A DNA stretch of 32,525 nt from an uncultured Mycobacterium sp. (GTDB taxonomy: Bacteria > Actinomycetota > Actinomycetes > Mycobacteriales > Mycobacteriaceae): NCBI GenBank assembly GCA_964598975.1, contig CAZRFC010000004.1, forward strand, positions 1 through 32,525. Reading direction: 5' to 3'. Below, in pieces: positions 1 through 7,500 of the stretch. How positions within the stretch are numbered: the stretch's first letter is position 1; each line of letters opens with the position of its first letter. The notes beneath the pieces are model-generated. The model worked only from the letters and a program-made list of their open reading frames with translations. It did no database searches and was not told the DNA's origin. Both the position numbers and the translations under genes were made by a program.

Positions 1-1500
1 TCCTGCGAACGCTCGTCGCCCAGGGCGGCTCGGTCGCGCACGTCCTCGCTGGCCTCGGCGATGATGCCGCGCAGGGCGTTGTACTCCTTCAGCTCGGCCT
101 GGGCGTGCTTGACGGGCGTGCCAAGGTCGCTGAACACCAGTTGCGTGCCCTTGTGCTTGGCATACTGCTGGTAGCGCTCGAAGATGTTGGCCGCGGCCGC
201 ATCCACTCTCCCGCCGGGCTCCCGCTCGATGCGGTCGACGTCCACCAGCCGGATGTCCATGGCCGCCTTGCGCGCGTCGGTCATCAGGGACAGGTGGTTG
301 TCCTCCCCCTTCTTCGGCGGGCCCTTCTTGGCCTCCAGCACCTTGGCGCGCTTCACCAGATCGGCCATGTACTCGCGCTGGGCCGGCGTCTGCTCGATGC
401 TGACCGGGATGCGGCGGCCGGTCTTCACCGGCGGCAGCGGGTATTCCTCGCCGTTGTTCTCCTCTCGATAGGCCTGCTTGATGTCCTGGTTCGTCACCGT
501 GTCGGCGACCTGATCGAACAGGCGCAGCAGCTCGTGCACGTTGACGAACGTGCTCATGCGGTTCTGGGCCTTGAAGCCGTCTCCGCTGGTCTTCTGCATC
601 CAGACCTGGGTGACTTCGGCGTAGGTGTTGGCCCATGCGTCGAACGACTGGAAGCCCAGCTCCTCCATCTGCTGGGGCATGAGGTACCGCATCATGTGGT
701 ACTTCTCGGCCAGCGAGTTCGAGACGGGCGTGCCGGTGGCGAACACCACACCCTGACCGCGGCCGTTCTTCTCCATCACCTCCTGGGTCTTGACGTACAT
801 ATCGTAGGCGCGCTTCGCGCCCGCGGGGTCGCCAAGGCCGGCCACGCCTTGCAGCTTCGTCGTGTAAAGCAGGTTCTTGAAGAGGTGCGCCTCGTCCACG
901 AATAGCTGATCGACGCCGAGTTGGTCGAAGTCCAGCAAATCGTCCATGGCCTTGTCGCGCAGGGACTTGATGCGGTTCTCCAGCCGCTCGATCATCCCCT
1001 CAAGCTGCTTGACCGTGCGCTTCTTGGCCGACTCGTTGCCGTCGCCATCCTGGACTTCCTCCAGCGCCTCCTTGAGGAGCGCAACCTGCTTGTCGTTGAA
1101 CTTCGCCTCAAACTCGGCGCCGGGCCGGATGAATCCGAACGAGCTGTGGGCGATCACCACGGCATCCCAGTCGCCGGTGGCAATCTTGGCCAGGAACCGG
1201 CGGCGGTTCTCGCGCTGGAAATCCTTCTTGCTGGCCGTGAGCACGCGGGCGCCCGGGTACAGGCGGTAGAAGTCGGCCGCCCACTGCTTCACCAGATGGT
1301 TGGGCACCGTCACCATGGGCTTCTTGGCCAGCCCGGTGCGGCGCAGCTCTATCGCGGCCGACACCACGGTGAAGGTCTTGCCGGCGCCGACTACGTGATC
1401 CAGGAGGGTTGTGCGGTCCTGAACGATGCGCGCGATGGCGTTGCGCTGATGGCGGCGGAACTTGATGATGCTGTCCGGCACCTTGCCGGGGAACGTCATC
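1..1500 (-). other. SNF2/SWI2-type helicase domain of the giant protein (partial)
   Basis: TLLDHVVGAGKT (Walker A, about 1374-1410), VPNHLVKQW, LFVDEAHLFKN (DEAH at 885-896), FATGTPVSNS and KGTQLVFSDLGTP, all typical of DarB-type helicases. Confidence 0.92.
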
Positions 1501-4500
1501 CACGAACCGTCGTAGTTGCGCACCACGTAGTTGTTGTTGGTGTCGTTGTAGGCGCGAACCAGCACCTCGGAGCGGTCCGGGTCAGAGAACAGCCAGTCGT
1601 TGAATCGGTCGCGGATTTCCTGCGCCTTGACGTTGGCCATCTCGGTGGCCTCCTTGTCCAGGTGCGTGCCTTCCTTGTCCCGATACTCGACCTTGATGGT
1701 GCGGTTGTTCAGCATCGCAGCCAGAAGCTGCTCGCCCGTGTACTTGGGGATGCCCCACTTGTTCGAGTTGTTCACCTCCGAGCCGACCTTGATGTAGGTG
1801 GCATAGGAGCTGTTCATCTTCTGGTACTGGATGCTGGCCTCGGTGCCTTCGCCGAACAGCTCCTTGGCGAAGTCCTCATAGACCGATGTGGGAACCCACG
1901 GGGCGCCGATCTTGGCGCCAATCTCGTGGGCGGGCACATCCTCGGGCTGCACGCGCTCCAGCGCCGACACGTTGCCGGCCATGCCGGCCGCCTTGGCCTG
2001 GGCCAGCTTCTTGCGCACGTTGCCGGACAGGTAGACGTCGCGTAGCGTGTACTCGTCGGTGGCAGGATCCAGGAACAGAAGCGGGCTGTCTCCGCTGATC
2101 ATGTCCTGGAGCACGTCCTGCGCTGGCCGGCCCAGCAGCTCGGCGATATAGGCGGTGTCCAGCCGGCCGCGCTCGGCCATGGACACGGCAATCGCATCCT
2201 CCGGCTTGTCCACGCGCTGCACCTTGGTGCGCGAGTTCACCACGCTCTGCCGGAAGATCGCCGACTTCTTGGCTGTGCTCTTCGTCGGCTTCAGGCCCAT
2301 CTTCTTGGCCTCTGCCGCGCCGATGCCGGGCGTGTAGTCCGTCTCCAGCGACAGCAGCAGGGGGAAGTCCGGGTCATCATCGAACACCCGATAGGTGCCC
2401 CGGTCGTTCAGCAGATGATGCTTCTTGACGAACTCGTCATACTGCTCGTTGAGCTTCTGGCGAAGGGCATCCATCTCCTCGCTGCCGGCGAACTCCGCGG
2501 CCAGCAGGGAGCGCAGTGTCGAGCGCATCTCTGCCAGCCGGCGCAGCTTGTCGAACCCGTCCGCGCCCAGCGACGTCTTGGCGGTCCACTTCGTCTCAGC
2601 AGTGATTTCCACGCCCCGCGGTTCGCCGGCCATGTCGGTCAAGCGCTGGATCAGCTTCCCGTCCTCGATGAAGAACCCGCCTTCCTGGACCGGCGGGTTG
2701 CGCAGGGCGATGACGGCCGCGTCGACCATATCCGAGGTGCCCATCTCAGCGGCGCTCTTGTAGACGCTCTCAGGCAGCCGGGCAACGGCCTCCTTCAGCA
2801 GTGCGGCGGTGTCCTGCCCGGGACGCGCGACCACGGCCGAAGCGCCCTTGCGGTACATCGTACCGTAGGGCCCGAATTCACCCAGCATCATCTCCGGGTG
2901 GTCGTGGAAATACTGGTTCAGGGGCAGCTTCTCGCCGGTGGCGGATGTCCAATTCGGCGCAGCCATCCAGGCCGCGGCCTCCGCCCTTGCGGCCTTGCTG
3001 CCCCATTCGGACTCGGGGCGCTTCTGCAAGAAGATGATGTCGGTTGTGACCTCGGTGCCGGCGTTCTTGCTGAATGCGTTGTTGGGCAGGCGGATGGCCC
3101 CGAGGAACTTGGTGCGGTCGCCGATGTACTTGCGCGCGCGGTCGCCCTGGGCGTCCAGGAAGCCGCTGGTGACAACCTGCGCCAGGATGCCGCCCTCGCG
3201 CAGCATGTCCACGCTCTTGGCGAAGAAGTAGTTGTGGAGGGTCAGCCCCGTGAGGTGCTTGCGGCCGCTGGAGTCCGTCTGCGAGTCGGCGGCGAATGGC
3301 GGGTTGCCCACCACCGCATCGAAGTAGCCGTCATTGCCCTTGAACTCGGTGAAGTCCGCGAGCTGGACGTTCTGCATCGGGTACAGCGCGTGCGCGATGG
3401 TCGCTGCCATGGGCTCTCGCTCCACCGCCGTCACCCGTCCCGCACTGCGCATGTCCTGCGGCATCAGCCCGATGAAGTTGCCCACCCCGGCGCCCGGTTC
3501 GAGCACGCGACCACCCGTGAAGCCGAAGCGACGCAGCGCGGCGTAGATGCCGTCCTGCACCACTTGCCGGCTGGTGTAGTGGGCGTAGCGCGTGCTCCGC
3601 TTGGCCGCCGCGTACTCCTCTTCGGTCAGCAGCGACTTGAGCTCCACGAATTCACGCTGCCAGTCCGGCTTGTCCGCATCGAAGGCCTCCCACACGGCGC
3701 CCCAGCCGGCGTACTTGGCCAGTACCTGCTGCTCCTCGGGCGTGACCACGCGGCCGCCGCCGAGGGTGGCCTCCTGCTCCATCAGCTCCTTGGCCAGCCG
3801 GACGGCGGCGATGGTGTCGCGGAACTTCTGCTTCTTGCCGCCCTCGCCCAGCTCGAAGTCGTCCTCGATGGTGAAATCCTGGGGCTTGAACTGCGGCGGT
3901 TGTGCGGGCTCCAGCGTGGGGCTGGTCAGTCCGTCATCGGCTCCTTCTCGCCGGGCATCGTCAAAGAGCCCAGGCCCTGCATCAGCTCGCGGTGGGCGCG
4001 GAACCCCTCCGTTTCCGGCAGGCTTGGCTCCGCGCCGGGCTCGGCCTCCGGAAACAGGTGCACCCGCGCCTGCTCCCATGCCTGCTGAAACTCCAGACCC
4101 TGGGACAGCAGAATCTGGAGCTCCTTGCTGGTCGTCTCGGCCGCCTTGGTCAGGTACTCGTCCAGATCCCCGCTTGCCGTCAGCCGCTGGAACGTCTGCG
4201 GACGGTTCTCCTCCAGGTGCGCCCTCGCTTGGGCGATCCATGTTGCGTGCTGTGCCATCTTGGCCTCCGTTGTTGGCCGGTGGTGCGGCCGGTGTCGTCG
4301 TGGTCGATTCCTCGTCGTCTGCCAGCACGTCCGCCAGCTCGGTCATCACCACCTCGCCCTTGGGCGTGATGGCCTTGTCCTGGTGTCGGCGGGCCGTGGC
4401 GATGTACGCGCCTTGCAGGGTGTCCAGCGGGATGGCGTCGGCCGCGTCCTGGTCGATGGCATCCGCGATGAACTTGCGCACGTAGCGCGCGGCCTGCTTG

Positions 4501-7500
4501 AACTTCACATAGCCCAGGTCCATCGCGCCCTCGAACAACTCGATCACGATGGGGAGCATGGCCTGCTCCTGCTCCGGCGTGATGTTCATGCGCGTGTTCT
4601 TGGACAGCAGTTGCGCCAGCTTCGCGGCGGCGCCCAGCATCTTGGCCTTGGCGGCCTTCTCCTGCTCGGTCAGGGGGTCGGGCTTGGGGGCGGCAGTTGG
4701 AGTGGGGGCGGCCGGTGCATCCGCCTCTTTCGGGGTCCATCCAGCCTTTCGCAGTGCGACGAGCTTCTCCTTGATGTCGTCCGGAAGGTAGTTCCAGAGA
4801 ACCTTCGTCAGGTCGCCGTCTTTCCCGTAGCCGGCGCGCTGGTTGCTCACTCCGATGGCCTGGAGCGCTTGCACGCGGCCGGGCGCCAGCAGGGAATCCT
4901 TCTGGCCCCGTGCGCCACCGACGCCCCACCATCCCTCGATGCCTGCGCGGTCCTCGTAGCCCTGCATCTCGGAGTCCAGCTCGTCACGCTGGCCGACGTC
5001 CGGCTTCTTGGTCGTCAACTGGTCGCGCGGGTAGGCGGCGCCTCGGCGATCCGCCATGCCGTCCCACATGACCATGACCACCTTGCCGTCTTCCTTGAAT
5101 CCGCGCACCACTCCAGCGTTTCCGCTGTCCTTCGCGTAGACGGTCTGGTTGACTGACAGTTGCTCGCCGGCCGGGTTCTCGCTTGGCGGCCGGTCATCGC
5201 GCGCCGGAGCCCGCATCGCAACCGACACGAAGTCGCGCACCATCCTCGAAGCCTCGGCCCCGTATGGCACATCGGCAGACTGCGCCACAGTTCCGCCAGC
5301 GAATCTGGTGACGAACACCGTCCCGTTGTCGGGTGACAGTCGGGCCTCCACCTCATGCCCGCTGCCGAGGTCGATGCTCCACTTGCGCGGGTCCAGTCCG
5401 TCCAGTTCGAGGCCGGCAGTCAGCATGGCTCGGCCGAACTGCACCACCGGGCTGTTGTCTCGGGTCTCTTGGGCGGCGCCTTTGCGCGGCGCGGCCGGGG
5501 CGCTGGTCGCCTTGGGCCTGCGCTCCTTGATGGCGTCGCGCAGGGCCTTGTTGGCAGAGTCGATGGCCCGGTCGTTGCCGTCGTCGGCCACGAGGTCGAA
5601 CACCTCGCGCTCGCTCATGCCGGCGTCCAGCGCTTGCTGCACCAGCTTCTCGTCCACGCCGCGGAACTCGCGCGCGATGGTCTTGGCCACCCCCAGATCC
5701 TGGGCGTTGTTGGCCATGAAGAAGGCATACGCGAAGCCCTCGGGCGTCAGGCTGCGGCCGAACTTGTCGTAGCCGGACAGCTTCGTGATCTTGCTGCCCT
5801 CGGTGGGCTCCACGTTGGCCTGGGGGAGGTCCGTCTCGAAGCTGCCCCACAGCATCGTGCGCTTCGTGTACGGGTCGCCATAGTTGTGCGGCTGGAACGC
5901 CAGCGTCGGGTTGGGCAACCCGGTGAGCTTGGCGATGCGTCCCACGGGGTTCTCCAGGGCCCAGATGGACGGGCGGAACAGGGAGATGGTGCGCAGGGTC
6001 TGGCGCACGAGCTCGATGCTGGCCTCGGTGCGGCCGTCGGCGTCCTTCTTTGACCACGCATGCGCACCCGAGCTGCTGAAGTCGGTGCAGGGCGGCGCGG
6101 CCAGAATCGCGTAGACGTTCTGGATGTCCAGCTCCTCGATGAGGTACTGCGCGCTGAAGTCGTTGATGTCCTGGCCGTTCTGGATGTCGAACGTGATCAC
6201 GTTGTAGCCGGCGTCGCGCCACGGCTGACTCCACACCCCGGAAGCATCGAACAGGGACAGGACCGTCTTCTCGCTGTTCGCGCTGTCTTCGCCCTGGGCC
6301 ATGGCGTGGGCTTTCCACTCGTCCAGGCGCTTCTTGGCCTCCTCGGGCGTCATCACGCCGGTCGTCGCCTTGTCGGCGTCCACCATCTTGTCGGCGGGCT
6401 TGAAGAGGTCGTCGTAGGGGTCCTCGTCTTCGCCCATGCTCTCGTTCATCAGCTCGACGAACGCCTCCTCCGGTACCGGCAAAGGCGCCTTGCGCGAGTT
6501 GGTGGCCTCGGGCGCTTGCTGCTCGTCCTGCGCCGCGGCGGCCGGCATGATGCGCATGACGGTCTTCTGCCAGCCCGGCTCCAGGGCATCCCACGGCTGG
6601 GCGCTCACGCGGTCGATGGCCTTGCCCTTGGCCTTCGTGTTCTGGGTCAGCAGCACGCGGCGCTCGCCGGGCGTCATGCGGTCCCAGCGGGCACCGACGT
6701 CCGAGCCCTGGCCGGCGGCCGGCGGCGCTACATCAGCGCTCGGGGCGCCTTCTGCATCAGCAGCCACAGGTCCGCCGGACGGACCAATCTCACCTGCCCG
6801 ACCGTCTGCGGCATCAGCGGCAGCGGCACCAGGATCGGCGTCTGGCGCAGGCGCCGGGGTAGGCGAGGCGGCCGCCGCGCTGGAATCGTCGGTGGTCGCA
6901 CTCGGGAACTCCTTGACCGTGTTCAGCAGTTGGGTGATCGGGGCCTTCAGCCGGATGATCCGGATGGGCTTGTCGTCTTGCAGGGCTTGGGCCCACTGGT
7001 GGTGGCCGTCGAGGATCCGGTTGTCTGCGCTCACCAGGATGGCGCGGTTGCCGCCCGTGAACGCTCGGGCCTGCTCGATCTTGGCCGGGCTGTACTCAGC
7101 CTGGGTCGGTCGCAGCGTGCCGGGGGACACGTCCAGCTCTTCGCTGTGCTCGATGCCGCGGGCGTTCAGGAAGTTGACCATCGCGCCGCGGTGCTCGGCC
7201 TTGATCTGAGGCATGTCGGTGCGCGGCACGTCCAGACTGCGCATCTCGGGCGGGAACCGCTTCCAGCCGTCTACTTCGGCAGCAGCATCTCCATTGGCAT
7301 CACTTCGTCCGTCCAGACCACCGAGAGCTCGTAGCCCACCAGTTTCGCCTTGACCAACTTGGGGGTCAGCATCACTGGCGCCTGCTCCTCGACCACCTTG
7401 ATCCGCCAGACCTGTGGGGGCAACATCCAGTCCAGCATCGCCGCCACGTGGCGCCACTCCGGTACCGGCCGGCATGCCTCCTGGCGCAGCAGCCCCAGGT

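Noticed and set aside
5015-5356. +1-frame ORF inside the giant gene as another nested gene
   Set aside because: The product is R/C/S/W-rich shadow sequence with no clear SD, and the host frame is globular with normal codon bias here.
4180-6594. Minus-strand ORFs 4180-4932 and 5353-6594 inside the giant gene
   Set aside because: They lie in the naturally stop-poor -1 frame and give R/G/P-rich translations, while the host frame holds the real domains.
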